Shown here one piece after another: positions 50,659 to 61,137 of a DNA stretch of 64,000 bases. The position numbers and the translations under genes are program-made. A model generated the notes under the pieces. That model was not told the origin of the DNA. It saw only the letters and a program-made list of their open reading frames with translations, and did not search any database. The stretch is from Thermodesulfobacteriota bacterium. GTDB taxonomy: Bacteria > Desulfobacterota_D > UBA1144 > Nemesobacterales > Nemesobacteraceae. Every line of letters starts with the position of its first letter. The stretch's first letter is position 1. The DNA is taken from the NCBI GenBank assembly GCA_965207685.1, contig OZ242294.1, positions 1,635,229-1,699,228 of the forward strand, given 5' to 3'.

Positions 50659-51924
50659 TCAGTTGTTGTTGATGAGGAGTTTGAATCCCGGATATACAAA
50701 TGCACCTGAGATTCTTTCGCAGTCCTTTTCGGTGACGCCCTCGGCTCGGCAGATATCATACCATCTGTCTGCTATGGTTTGTTCCATCGTCTGAATGATT
50801 GTCTGTGCGTCTTGAGATGAGAGCATAAAGCGAGTGGACTGGGACAGCAGGTTCTTTGCGTGCGCGTAACGGCCGGCATCACCGCAAATAAGCGCTAGGT
50901 CTCGCCGTTCAATGCTTACTGGCACAGAAGGTGTTAGGTCGTAAGCAGGCGAGAGCCGCCAGTGCTCTTTTAGTGCGATAACGGCGTGGTTTCGCGGATG
51001 GTCGTCTGTGTTTGAGATCAGAGCATTAAAACACATGCGGCGGAACAGTTCCTGCGCATCTAGTTTCTCCCGCGAGGAAATCCTGCGCAACTCTTCAGCC
51101 AGTAACAGATATGACCATTTATCGCGATCCTGATATGAATCTTCCGAACGCAGAAGCGTAAGCGCACTTAACATCCGGGCGCGGTGGTACCCTTGGTCGG
51201 TCTTTTCCCTGTCGAATCGTTTGACAAGCAGCACGTCTCGGCCTCCGATTGTTTCCACACGGCTCTCGGCGCTTTTTATGCCGCAGGCGCGTGCAAGAAC
51301 CAGCATTGCTTGCTCAACCCGGGCATAGTTCCACCTGTCATCAGGACGGTTGAATTTTGCGATCCAAAGACCGCTACTGTCTTCAACTACCGCCTTGGGA
51401 CGGGCGCCGCCCATCGATGTACCCAAAAGCAGCAGTTCCTGCACCTGTTCGGTTTCTTGATCAGGGTGCAAGTCTTCGTCGTTAATTACGGCATCTGCAA
51501 GAGTCTGCAGTTTCTCAAGATCCATCGTTTGGTTAAATTCGCGACGTGGGGCCGGGGGTTCCCTGTTCAGACCAAAACCTAGCGCCCCGGCGCGGTCATC
51601 CGGCGAATACAGCAAATAGTCAAGTTCACCGAGCTGGCCTTTGCCGTAGTGTTTCTCGATAACGCGTCTGCCCCAGTAATCCGGACCCGCGTCGCGCAGT
51701 GCGCCGAAAATACCCTTAAGATGCCTAGTCTCGAAAGTTTTCGGGCTGAGATTCAGCTCAAGAGGATCGATTGGGACAGCATTTTCACGTGCTAGGTAGC
51801 TTTTACCGTAAACGAACCTGCCAACAGGCACATCAAGCCGGTCCTTGGTCAGCACGAATTTCCCGGCTGTTACAAATTCCGTTTCACCTGGGAGAACAAT
51901 GTAGACATAGCACTCGCTGTTCAC
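50659..51924 (-). CDS. hipA: HipA-family serine/threonine kinase toxin
   Basis: HipA N- and C-domains; SNTDDHPRNHAV catalytic loop. Confidence 0.8.
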   Translation of the reverse strand: MNSECYVYIVLPGETEFVTAGKFVLTKDRLDVPVGRFVYGKSYLARENAVPIDPLELNLSPKTFETRHLKGIFGALRDAGPDYWGRRVIEKHYGKGQLGELDYLLYSPDDRAGALGFGLNREPPAPRREFNQTMDLEKLQTLADAVINDEDLHPDQETEQVQELLLLGTSMGGARPKAVVEDSSGLWIAKFNRPDDRWNYARVEQAMLVLARACGIKSAESRVETIGGRDVLLVKRFDREKTDQGYHRARMLSALTLLRSEDSYQDRDKWSYLLLAEELRRISSREKLDAQELFRRMCFNALISNTDDHPRNHAVIALKEHWRLSPAYDLTPSVPVSIERRDLALICGDAGRYAHAKNLLSQSTRFMLSSQDAQTIIQTMEQTIADRWYDICRAEGVTEKDCERISGAFVYPGFKLLINNN

Positions 51925-51933
51925 CCGGCTCTC

Positions 51934-52275
51934 CTAAAAATCATTTTCCAGACCTTCCATTGCCCGAGCACGGGCGCGCTCTTTCCCCATTAGCAGTGAC
52001 AGACCTTCTTCATCCAAAGCCGGGTCAGCAATCTCATCCATGGGTTCAAGGAGGTTGTAAGCCCATAGGAGGGCTACGTAAACGGCGATACCAGTCGAAG
52101 GCTTGCCTTTTTCGGCATCGGAAACTGGACGTGGACCCGTCCCGATTTTCTCCCCGACCCTTTTAATCGTAAGGTTTCTGCGAAGCCGGGCAGTACGCAG
52201 GTTGCGGCCAAGGCGCTTCAGTGCCTGTTCAACAGCGTGCGGTGGTGTAGTATTTAGTAGGTTCCTGGCAGTCAT
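51934..52275 (-). CDS. hipB: HipB-like XRE-family HTH antitoxin
   Basis: HTH (RTARLRRNLTIKRVGEKIG); directly upstream of hipA. Confidence 0.7.
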   Translation of the reverse strand: MTARNLLNTTPPHAVEQALKRLGRNLRTARLRRNLTIKRVGEKIGTGPRPVSDAEKGKPSTGIAVYVALLWAYNLLEPMDEIADPALDEEGLSLLMGKERARARAMEGLENDF

Positions 52276-52463
52276 AAGCTCTTAAGTGTGTTTTATCCAT
52301 GTTAATAAGCTCTTAAGAGTATACACTTGTTTGATGAGAAAGCAAATACTACTTACTAAGGCCGTTTCGTGTCGCAGTGAAATGTGAAAAGCCTGGGCTA
52401 CGATGATCTGGTGCCGAAGTGGGTAGTGGATCAATGACACAAGACCTGTTGAAGTGGTTCAGG

Positions 52464-53069
52464 CTAGACAAGCCTAAAAGACAGGTAAACGATGTTTGCG
52501 GCAAAGTGAAAAAAGACGCTTGACCATATGTTTCCGGTTCTCATATACAGATATCCCATGACAAGCGAAGGGAAAAAGGTGAGGGCGTTCTGCGCGCAGT
52601 AGCCCCCGCCTGAGAATACGCAGATCACGAGGAGATGCGCCGAAGCGAAAAGCGCGCTTGCCGCAATAACTGCACCCCATCCGCCGCCAAGTTTTCTCTG
52701 AAGATACCCCCTGAAGAAAAACTCCTCGGGAAAAGCTATGGCCACAAGATGCGTGAGCACGAAAAGCACAGTCGGCTCAACGAATTTAATTGTTTTTCCC
52801 AGATAAGCGGAGACAAGGTATAGGCAGACCAGATAAGAAAGAAGCACCGCAATAGAAATTACCGCTCCTCGAGCCAGCTTCCTCGGATCGAACCTCAAAA
52901 CATCCGCTGCGCCGCGGTCGAGTAGAAACGGAACCCAGAGCATGAACCCCGCCGAGAGCAAAAGGGCGTACTCTCGGCCAATCGCGGCCCTTGAGATGAT
53001 TATCGCCGCTACCACAATCCCGTAGGCGGCAAGTGGTATCGCGAGGTTTTTCGAAAGAAGTTGTTTCAT
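52464..53069 (-). CDS. CPBP-family (CAAX) intramembrane metalloprotease
   Basis: EEFFFRGYL and FASAHL motifs. Confidence 0.75.
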   Translation of the reverse strand: MKQLLSKNLAIPLAAYGIVVAAIIISRAAIGREYALLLSAGFMLWVPFLLDRGAADVLRFDPRKLARGAVISIAVLLSYLVCLYLVSAYLGKTIKFVEPTVLFVLTHLVAIAFPEEFFFRGYLQRKLGGGWGAVIAASALFASAHLLVICVFSGGGYCAQNALTFFPSLVMGYLYMRTGNIWSSVFFHFAANIVYLSFRLV

Positions 53070-53147
53070 GGAACTTGGGTTTTTTCTCTTGAGCCGGGGT
53101 TCCGACTATAATACTTGAATATCAATCAAAAGGGGCGCTTTCTCTTC

Positions 53148-53933
53148 ATGGAGATCTCGGAAATAAGAAAACATCTTCAGGCGGAAAAGGTCGGGGAGCA
53201 GCTTTTTGTCTTCAATGAGGTAGGTTCCACAAATGACGTCCTGCGCCAGCTCATAGCGGAAGGCGCGGTCGCGGATGGAACGGTCGTGGTTTCCGATTCC
53301 CAGACCGTGGGCAGGGGACGCCTGGGGCGAAAGTGGGTATCCCCCGGGGGGATGAATCTTTATCTCTCCGCCTTGTTTCGCCCGGAGGTCTCCCCAAAGA
53401 GATCTTCTGTGTTTACCTTTCTCGCGTCCTGCGCCCTCGTCGAGGTTTTCTCGGGCTACGGCGTTGACGCCGAGATAAAGTGGCCGAACGATATTCTTGT
53501 CGGCGGGAAGAAAATCTCAGGGGTGCTCACGGAGCTCGGCACCTCGGAGGGCGCTATCGATTATCTCGTGATCGGCATCGGGGTTAATCTCAATTTGCCC
53601 GGGGAATTCATCCGCCGCGAAATGGAGGACATCTCAGAGAAAACCACCTCTCTTTCCATACTGCTCGGAGAAGATGTCAGCAGGGAGAGGTTCTGCGCGG
53701 AGCTTATTAACGCCCTTGACCGGTTCTACGGGGAGTTTCGCCGCCGCGGGACACGGGCGATTGTGGATACGTGGATCGAGATGTGGGGGTTTATGGGAAA
53801 GGAGATATCCGTAGACGTCTCGGGAGAGATTGTAAGCGGAGTCGTGGAGCGCGTCGACGCAAACGGATTTCTCTACCTGAGAACGGATGGGGGCGATCTT
53901 CGCAAGGTGATTACGGGAGATACGGTTTTTTAG
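53148..53933 (+). CDS. birA: Biotin--[acetyl-CoA-carboxylase] ligase, group I (no N-terminal HTH)
   Basis: GRGRLGRKWVSP motif. Confidence 0.8.
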   Translation: MEISEIRKHLQAEKVGEQLFVFNEVGSTNDVLRQLIAEGAVADGTVVVSDSQTVGRGRLGRKWVSPGGMNLYLSALFRPEVSPKRSSVFTFLASCALVEVFSGYGVDAEIKWPNDILVGGKKISGVLTELGTSEGAIDYLVIGIGVNLNLPGEFIRREMEDISEKTTSLSILLGEDVSRERFCAELINALDRFYGEFRRRGTRAIVDTWIEMWGFMGKEISVDVSGEIVSGVVERVDANGFLYLRTDGGDLRKVITGDTVF

Positions 53934-54268
53934 AGCACCCCGATTATTTCGTGGCGAAGCCTGCGCATCAGGTCCATCCACTCGTTTACCATCTCTTCGG
54001 TCTCGTCGCTTACGTCTTTTTTTATGACTATTCCGTAGACCCTCGGCTCTACGGCGCACTTTCCGTATCTTTCCGCGACCATGGAACCGAACCTGTAGAG
54101 TATCTCGAGGGCCTTTCTGTCCTTTCCCTCGAACCTGCTAACAAGGATCATTTCAGAGGAAAAGCCCTCGAATATCCTGTTCCACAGGGTCGCGCTTGAC
54201 TCCATGTGGAAAGAGAGGATTACGCTTTCCGGGTTTTTTTCCTCTTTGATTTTTTCGGTATTAGCCGT
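53930..54268 (-). CDS. Hypothetical protein (about 113 aa; start taken as MTANTEKIKEE)
   Basis: Convergent four-base overlap with birA. The ORF-track start at 54298 would lie inside the IS inverted repeat and is rejected. Confidence 0.35.
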   Translation of the reverse strand, partial: TANTEKIKEEKNPESVILSFHMESSATLWNRIFEGFSSEMILVSRFEGKDRKALEILYRFGSMVAERYGKCAVEPRVYGIVIKKDVSDETEEMVNEWMDLMRRLRHEIIGVL

Positions 54269-54373
54269 CATCTCTCTCTGTTTATTATAACCATGCACGG
54301 TGATTCCGTTCTAGACATAGGCAATAGTTTTATTAAAAACTTACGGGGAGTTAAGAGGAGTCGCTGGCTTTTT

Positions 54374-54405
54374 CCCATGATTACAGGTATACCTGTAATC
54401 ATGGG
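54374..54405. repeat. Perfect 32-bp palindrome CCCATGATTACAGGTA|TACCTGTAATCATGGG spanning both candidate start codons of the transposase ORF
   Basis: Perfect reverse-complement symmetry, with ATG codons in the arms at 54377 and 54401. Confidence 0.8.
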
Positions 54406-56176
54406 CAATAAATCATCTCAACACAACCACCGGAGTTTCTCCCCCCGCGACGTTGTTGTAAGAATAGCCCGTCCCGAGGAATTTCCCAGGTGGGACAGGC
54501 TCATGAACGAGAATCACTACCTTGGCTTCAAGCAATTCGCCGGCCGGAGTCTTCGCTACGTGGCGGAGCATGAAGGGAAGTGGCTGGCTATTGCCGGCTG
54601 GCAGGCCGGAGCTTTCAAGTGCCGCCCCCGCGACCGCTGGGTGGGGTGGAAAAAAGAGTGTCAGTTCAAAAATCTGCATCTCATAGGGAACAACACCCGG
54701 TTTCTGGTGCTGGGCAAAGCCGGAGAGTTCCCCAATCTGGCTTCGTATTTTCTTTCGTCCATGACAAGACGGCTGAGCTCGGACTGGATGGAGCGCTATG
54801 GACATGGTCTTTTGCTTGCGGAGAGTTTCGTGGACCCGAGGCGCTTTGACGGGGCGATGTACAAGGCGTCTAACTGGGAGTTTGCCGGTCTGACCAGGGG
54901 ATACGCACGTTCCAATGGCCACTACAGGAAGCCTCACGGCAACAAAAAGGAGCTTTACGTTTATCCGCTTCGGCGCAACGCGCTTGGGATGCTTCGCAAC
55001 GCCGACGCCCTGGGGGAACGGTGGAGGGCCAAAAGAGCTGTCACGCGACGCTCCGACGGGGAGCTCAGATCACTTTACGAGGAGTTGAGCGAGGTCGGTG
55101 ATTTTCGCAGGGCCCAGGCAAGAAGGCACAGCATGGGGTGTGTGCTGTCCATATATATTCTGTCTTTGCTCTCGGGGATGAGAGGGCCGGTGGCGGCGGC
55201 CCAGTACGCAAAAAGTCTCTCCCAGAAGGAACTTGAGATGCTCGGGGCCTGGTACAACAGGAGGAAACGAAGATATGAGCCCCCTTCACAGACCACTATG
55301 CACAGAGTTACAAGCAATCTGGACACGCGGGAGTTTCAGCCTGTGCTTGCCCGTTACTGCTCACAGCGGGTGCGTTTTGCCGAAGCTGTGGCCATTGACG
55401 GAAAGCGCATACGGGGAGCCAACAGAAACGGAGATGATCATTATGAAACGGTGACTGTGGTTGAGCATGGAAGCGGAGTGCCTCTTGGCAGTGTTGACTT
55501 CAGGGAGGAAGGAGCGGAGAGAGCCGCGGTGTTTGCGCTGCTTGAAGAGGTATGCGTTGAGGGGAAGGTGATTACGCTTGACGCGCTGCATACGACAGCA
55601 AAGACGGCAAAGACGATTGTCGAGAGCCACGGGGCGGATTTCGTGTTCACCGTAAAGGGCAACAGCGCCCTCGCGCACGAGCGTTTGAGTTCGCTTGAGT
55701 GGGAGCGCGACTCGGCGGGGCGTTTTACGGAGAAGGCGTCAAAGGACCACGGGCGCGTAGAGCAGCGTTCAATAGAAGTTATGAACGCTTATTTCCGTAT
55801 GATTGATTATCCGCACGTAAAGCAGGTGTTTCGGGTGAAGCGCCGGACAAAAAACGTAAAGACGGGCGCGCGGAGCACAGAGTACGCTTACGGCATTACG
55901 TCAGTGGATGACAAAAGAGCGTCTGCCGAGCAGTTGCTTTCGTGGAACAGGGGACATTGGGCGGTGGAGGCGAAAAACCACTATATACGAGATGTTACCT
56001 TCGGTGAGGACGGATGCCGCTCGCGTGTGCGTTGCGCTCCGGCAAACAACGCGGTGTGCGCCAACATAGCGCTTGCGATTATATTCGGAAGGGGTTTCAG
56101 TACCGCGCCGGAGGCCATAAGGCATTTTGTTCTCAACAGAGAAGACGCTTTTGAGTCCTTGCTCGAAGCGGGTTAG
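54377..56176 (+). CDS. Fusion transposase: N-terminal DUF4338-like domain plus C-terminal ISAs1-family DDE domain (start 54377 or 54401)
   Basis: C-terminal HWAVEAKNHYIRDVTFGEDGCRSR matches the ISAs1-family signature. Confidence 0.65.
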   Translation: MITGIPVIMGNKSSQHNHRSFSPRDVVVRIARPEEFPRWDRLMNENHYLGFKQFAGRSLRYVAEHEGKWLAIAGWQAGAFKCRPRDRWVGWKKECQFKNLHLIGNNTRFLVLGKAGEFPNLASYFLSSMTRRLSSDWMERYGHGLLLAESFVDPRRFDGAMYKASNWEFAGLTRGYARSNGHYRKPHGNKKELYVYPLRRNALGMLRNADALGERWRAKRAVTRRSDGELRSLYEELSEVGDFRRAQARRHSMGCVLSIYILSLLSGMRGPVAAAQYAKSLSQKELEMLGAWYNRRKRRYEPPSQTTMHRVTSNLDTREFQPVLARYCSQRVRFAEAVAIDGKRIRGANRNGDDHYETVTVVEHGSGVPLGSVDFREEGAERAAVFALLEEVCVEGKVITLDALHTTAKTAKTIVESHGADFVFTVKGNSALAHERLSSLEWERDSAGRFTEKASKDHGRVEQRSIEVMNAYFRMIDYPHVKQVFRVKRRTKNVKTGARSTEYAYGITSVDDKRASAEQLLSWNRGHWAVEAKNHYIRDVTFGEDGCRSRVRCAPANNAVCANIALAIIFGRGFSTAPEAIRHFVLNREDAFESLLEAG

Positions 56177-56506
56177 GAATTACGTTCATATTGCCATGAA
56201 AACCTCAGATGTCACGGGAGCAGTTCGTCCAAAAGACGGCAACCTGTGTCTTCGGCGGGACTGTTAAGGTGCAATCAAGGTGTCTTGTGGTAAAAACTCA
56301 GAGTTCTTCGCGAAAAATCGCTTCCACCTCGATATTCCCCCCGAAATCCACTCGCAAGTACGGAATCACCGTGATAACCATGTGCAGAGCGTGTGCGGAG
56401 TTTCGGATTTATGTTATAATTACACGATGGCGTCTGAAGAGGTTGCTTACGCCGGCATCAGCTCTCGCGTTGTTTTTTCATAACAACACAACAGGCGGAC
56501 AATTAT

Positions 56507-59500
56507 ATGAATTTTAAGAAACTTCCTGAAAAAAAGGGACTTTACGATCCTGCGTTTGAGCACGATTCCTGCGGAATAGGATTCGTCGTCAACGTTAAGG
56601 GCGTGAGGTCAAACGCCATAATCCGCGATGCCATAACCGTGCTCAAAAACCTCGAGCACCGCGGAGCCTGCGGATGCGAGCCGAACACGGGAGACGGCGC
56701 CGGAATACTGTTCCAGAAACCCCACGCGTTTTTCGTCAAAACCCTGGGAGCCGAGGGAATCACCCTCCCGGCGGAGGAGGATTACGGAGTCGGAATGATA
56801 TTCCTCTCTCCGGACCCGTCCGTTGAAGGGAAAACGAAAAAGAGGCTTGAGGATATAGTCACAGAGGAAGGCCAGACCGTTTTGGGCTGGCGGGCCGTTC
56901 CGACCGACAACTCCTCTCTGGGGGCGACCGCTCTTGGGTGCGAGCCCGGGATAAGGCAGATATTCATCGGCCGGGGAGACGGCACTCCCGCCGGGGACGA
57001 TTTCGAGAGAAGACTTTACATAATAAGAAAACGCGCTGAGGCGGAAATAAAGACCGCGGGGCGCGACGAACACTTCTACGTACCGAGCCTTTCATCGAGG
57101 ACCGTAGTTTACAAGGGAATGCTTGTCACCTGGCAGCTTGTGCCTTATTTCCCGGACCTCACGTCCGATCTCATGGAAAGCGCGATAGCGCTTGTGCACT
57201 CGCGTTTCAGCACGAACACGTTTCCGAGCTGGGACAGGGCTCACCCCTACAGATACGTGATACACAACGGCGAGATAAACACGCTTCGGGGAAACATAAA
57301 CTGGATGCACTCAAGGCAGGCCGTTTTGGAATCCGATTTCTACGGAGACGACATAGAAAAGATTTTCCCGGTGATATCTCCCGAGGGAAGCGACTCCGCC
57401 TCCTTTGATAACGCAATGGAATTTCTGTGTCTATCGGGCTACTCCATAGAGCACGCCGTGATGATGATGATTCCCGAACCGTGGTCAAAGCACGAGAGCA
57501 TGTCCGAGGAGAAAAAGGATTTCTACAGGTTCCACAGCTGCCTTATGGAGCCTTGGGACGGGCCCGCTTCCATAGCTTTTACAGACGGCGAGAAAGTGGG
57601 AGCGGTGCTTGACAGAAACGGGCTGCGTCCCACGAGGTACTACGTAACAAAAGATGACACCGTGATACTGGGCTCAGAAGTGGGAGTCCTTGACATACCG
57701 CCCGACAGGGTGAGCTACAAGGGGCGCCTGCTTCCGGGAAGGATGCTTCTTATAGACACGCGCGAAGGCCGCATCGTCGGCGACACGGAACTTAAGAAAA
57801 GACTTTCGACGGAAAAACCCTACGGAAAGTGGCTCAGGGAAAACATGGAGAGCTTCTCCGGGATTATGGAAGGAGAACCGGCGGAGACTCCGCCCGAGTA
57901 CGACCCGGAAACGCTTCTTACGAGGCAGAGGGTATTCGGCTACACCTTTGAGGACCTGCGCATTCTTCTGGGTCCAATGTCGAAAAACGCGGTCGAGCCC
58001 GTGGGCGCCATGGGAATCGATACCCCGCTCGCGGCGCTCTCTGACGAATCGAAGCTTCTATACAACTACTTCAAGCAGATGTTCGCCCAGGTCACAAACC
58101 CCGCCATCGACGCCATACGGGAGGAACTTATAACCGGGACCATGGTCACGCTTGGGACGACGGCCAACATACTGCGTCCCGAGGCGAAAAGCTCCGAGAA
58201 ATTAGAGCTTGAGACCCCGTTTCTTACGAACCCGGAAATCGAGAAGCTGAAAACCGTTCGCGGGGAGAAGTTCCGCTGCGAAGTGATCCCCACCCTTTTT
58301 GATCCCAGAGAGGGGACCGAGGGGCTCGAGGAGGCGCTCACGCGGATGTTTGCCCGCGCAGACAAACTTATAGAAAAAGGCGCCAACATACTGGTCCTCT
58401 CGGACAGGGGATTTGACGCCGAAAACGCCCCCATTCCCGCCTTGCTGGCGGTCTCGGGGCTTCACCACCACCTGATAAGGAACGGAAACAGGATGCGCGT
58501 GGCGCTCGTCGTTGAATCGGGCGAGCCGAGGGAGACTCACCACATGGCGCTTCTTATAGGCTACGGCGCAAGCGCCATAGCCCCCTACATGGCTTACGAG
58601 ACCATAAACGGCATGATCCACCAGAACATGCTTGTGGGCATGTCTTACGAGGAAGCGGTCTCGGGGTACGTGAAAAGTCTCGTCAAGGGCATAGTGAAGA
58701 TAATGTCCAAAATAGGTATCTCCACGGTGCAGAGCTACCACGGGGCACAGATATTCGAGGCTCTCGGGCTGAATACCGAGTTCGTCGGGAAGTACTTCAC
58801 ATGGACGGCTTCCCGGATACAGGGAGTGGGAATTGACGTCATAACGGAGGAGTCGATAAAACGTCACTCCAGGGCGTACGCGGAAAGGGACGTTGAGACT
58901 GCGACGCTTGAGACCGGAGGGGTTTACAGGTGGAGGCCCGACGGAGAGCGTCACATGTATCACCCGCGCACCGTGCACAAGCTCCAGGAAGCCTGCCAGA
59001 CGGGAAGCTTCGAGAAATTCAAGGAATACACGAAGCTTGCAAACGACGAGGAGAAGGAGCATTTTACGCTTCGCGGCCTGATGGAGCTTAAGTACTCGGA
59101 CAACCCCGTGCCTCTTGACGAGGTGGAGTCGGTCGAGAGCATATGCAGGAGGTTCAAAACGGGGGCCATGTCCTACGGGGCGATAAGCAAGGAGGCCCAC
59201 GAAAGCCTCGCGATCGCTATGAACCGCATAGGAGGCAAAAGCAACACGGGCGAAGGGGGAGAGGATTCCGACAGATACACCCCCGATCCGAACGGGGACT
59301 TAAGGAGAAGTTCCATAAAGCAGGTCGCTTCGGGCCGTTTCGGCGTCACGAGCGAATATCTGGTGAACTCCGAAGAGATACAGATAAAGATAGCCCAGGG
59401 GGCAAAACCGGGGGAAGGGGGACAGCTTCCGGGAAGAAAGGTCTACCCGTGGATAGCCAAGGTGAGGCTCTCGACTCCGGGAGTGGGGCTCATATCGCCT

Positions 59501-61105
59501 CCCCCGCATCACGACATCTATTCGATCGAGGACCTGGCGCAGCTTATCTACGATCTTAAAAACGCTAACAAGCACGCGAGGATAAACGTCAAGCTGGTCT
59601 CCGAGGTCGGCGTCGGGACCATAGCCGCGGGCGTGGCGAAGGGTCACGCGGACGTGATACTCATAAGCGGAACCTCGGGAGGAACGGGAGCGTCTCCGCA
59701 AAGCAGCATACACCACGCGGGGCTTCCCTGGGAACTGGGCATAGCAGAAACTCACCAGACACTTGTTCTTAACAATCTCAGAAGCAGGGTGGTTCTCGAG
59801 ACCGATGGTCAGATGAAAACCGGAAGGGATGTGGCCATCGCGGCCCTCCTCGGCGCCGAGGAATACGGTTTTTCCACGGCCCCGCTCATAGTTCTTGGAT
59901 GCATAATGATGAGGGTCTGCCATCTTGATACCTGTCCTGTGGGAGTCGCAACGCAGAACCCCGAGCTTAGAAAAAAATACACGGGGAATCCTGCGCACGT
60001 GGTCGATTTCATGCATTTTGTCGCCACGGAGTTCCGCGAGATAATGGCGAAGATGGGTTTTAGGACCGTAAACGAGATGATAGGCAGAACGGACTGCCTC
60101 GAGATGAGAAAGTCGCTTGATCACTGGAAAGCCAGGGGCATAGACCTGAGCAGTATCCTCTTCCGTCCCGAAGTTCCGGAGGACTGGGGGACCTACTGCC
60201 AGATCGAACAGGACCACGGCATACAGAACTCCCTTGATGAAACCGTCCTGATGGATATATGCCGCCCGACGATTGAAAGGGGCGAGCGTGTCACTGCCGC
60301 CGTTCCCATAAGAAACGTTAACAGGACCGTGGGAACCATAGTCGGAAGCGAGCTTACGAGAAGGTACGGCCTTGACGGCCTCGAGGAGGATACCATAAGG
60401 CTCCACTTCTCCGGTTCGGCGGGCCAGAGCTTCGGAGCCTTCGTTCCGAAGAGCATGACGCTTGTCCTAGAGGGCGACTCGAACGACTACACGGGGAAAG
60501 GGCTTTCCGGAGGGAAAATGATCATTTATCCCCCGAAGGAGTCCACTTTCGTTGCAGAGGAGAATATAATAATCGGGAACGTCGCGTTCTACGGTGCCAC
60601 CGGAGGGGAAGCCTACGTAAGGGGTGTCGCCGGGGAGAGGTTCTGCGTGAGAAACAGCGGAGTCCGCGCCGTGGTGGAAGCTGTCGGGGATCACTGCTGC
60701 GAATACATGACCGGGGGCCGCGTTGCGGTGCTGGGTCCGACCGGAAGGAACTTTGCGGCCGGCATGTCAGGCGGCATAGCGTATGTTTACGATCCCGAGG
60801 GGGATTTCCACGGAAGGTGCAATACCGAATCCGTGTTCCTTGAATTCGTGGAGGAGGATGACGAAGCGGAACTTCTCGGGATGATAAGAAACCATCTTGA
60901 GTACACCGGAAGCGAGGCAGCGCGGCGGATATTGGAGAACTGGTCCGGGAGTCTTCCCAGATTCGTTAAGGTGATACCGAAAGACTACAAGAGAATGCTC
61001 GAGCACATAAACCGCGCGCAACAGAGCGGCCTTTCGGGCGACGAAGCCCTTATGGCGGCTTTTGAGGAAAACAAACGAGATCTCGCGCGCGTAAGCGGAA
61101 ACTGA
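56507..61105 (+). CDS. gltB: Glutamate synthase large subunit
   Basis: 1532 aa; N-terminal Cys-Gly-Ile-Gly amidotransferase start (CGIGF); FMN and GXGXG domains. Confidence 0.95.
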   Translation: MNFKKLPEKKGLYDPAFEHDSCGIGFVVNVKGVRSNAIIRDAITVLKNLEHRGACGCEPNTGDGAGILFQKPHAFFVKTLGAEGITLPAEEDYGVGMIFLSPDPSVEGKTKKRLEDIVTEEGQTVLGWRAVPTDNSSLGATALGCEPGIRQIFIGRGDGTPAGDDFERRLYIIRKRAEAEIKTAGRDEHFYVPSLSSRTVVYKGMLVTWQLVPYFPDLTSDLMESAIALVHSRFSTNTFPSWDRAHPYRYVIHNGEINTLRGNINWMHSRQAVLESDFYGDDIEKIFPVISPEGSDSASFDNAMEFLCLSGYSIEHAVMMMIPEPWSKHESMSEEKKDFYRFHSCLMEPWDGPASIAFTDGEKVGAVLDRNGLRPTRYYVTKDDTVILGSEVGVLDIPPDRVSYKGRLLPGRMLLIDTREGRIVGDTELKKRLSTEKPYGKWLRENMESFSGIMEGEPAETPPEYDPETLLTRQRVFGYTFEDLRILLGPMSKNAVEPVGAMGIDTPLAALSDESKLLYNYFKQMFAQVTNPAIDAIREELITGTMVTLGTTANILRPEAKSSEKLELETPFLTNPEIEKLKTVRGEKFRCEVIPTLFDPREGTEGLEEALTRMFARADKLIEKGANILVLSDRGFDAENAPIPALLAVSGLHHHLIRNGNRMRVALVVESGEPRETHHMALLIGYGASAIAPYMAYETINGMIHQNMLVGMSYEEAVSGYVKSLVKGIVKIMSKIGISTVQSYHGAQIFEALGLNTEFVGKYFTWTASRIQGVGIDVITEESIKRHSRAYAERDVETATLETGGVYRWRPDGERHMYHPRTVHKLQEACQTGSFEKFKEYTKLANDEEKEHFTLRGLMELKYSDNPVPLDEVESVESICRRFKTGAMSYGAISKEAHESLAIAMNRIGGKSNTGEGGEDSDRYTPDPNGDLRRSSIKQVASGRFGVTSEYLVNSEEIQIKIAQGAKPGEGGQLPGRKVYPWIAKVRLSTPGVGLISPPPHHDIYSIEDLAQLIYDLKNANKHARINVKLVSEVGVGTIAAGVAKGHADVILISGTSGGTGASPQSSIHHAGLPWELGIAETHQTLVLNNLRSRVVLETDGQMKTGRDVAIAALLGAEEYGFSTAPLIVLGCIMMRVCHLDTCPVGVATQNPELRKKYTGNPAHVVDFMHFVATEFREIMAKMGFRTVNEMIGRTDCLEMRKSLDHWKARGIDLSSILFRPEVPEDWGTYCQIEQDHGIQNSLDETVLMDICRPTIERGERVTAAVPIRNVNRTVGTIVGSELTRRYGLDGLEEDTIRLHFSGSAGQSFGAFVPKSMTLVLEGDSNDYTGKGLSGGKMIIYPPKESTFVAEENIIIGNVAFYGATGGEAYVRGVAGERFCVRNSGVRAVVEAVGDHCCEYMTGGRVAVLGPTGRNFAAGMSGGIAYVYDPEGDFHGRCNTESVFLEFVEEDDEAELLGMIRNHLEYTGSEAARRILENWSGSLPRFVKVIPKDYKRMLEHINRAQQSGLSGDEALMAAFEENKRDLARVSGN

Positions 61106-61137
61106 CACGGAAGCTTTAACGGAGGAGAAGTTTTTCA

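Larger units (their letters stand above)
54296..56373 (+). mobile_element. ISAs1-family-like element, 2078 bp, 14-bp terminal IRs (cacggtgattccgt / acggaatcaccgtg), 9-bp TSD ATAACCATG (54287-54295 and 56374-56382)
   Basis: Perfect 14-bp inverted termini plus perfect 9-bp direct repeats. Encodes a single long DDE protein. Confidence 0.7.
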
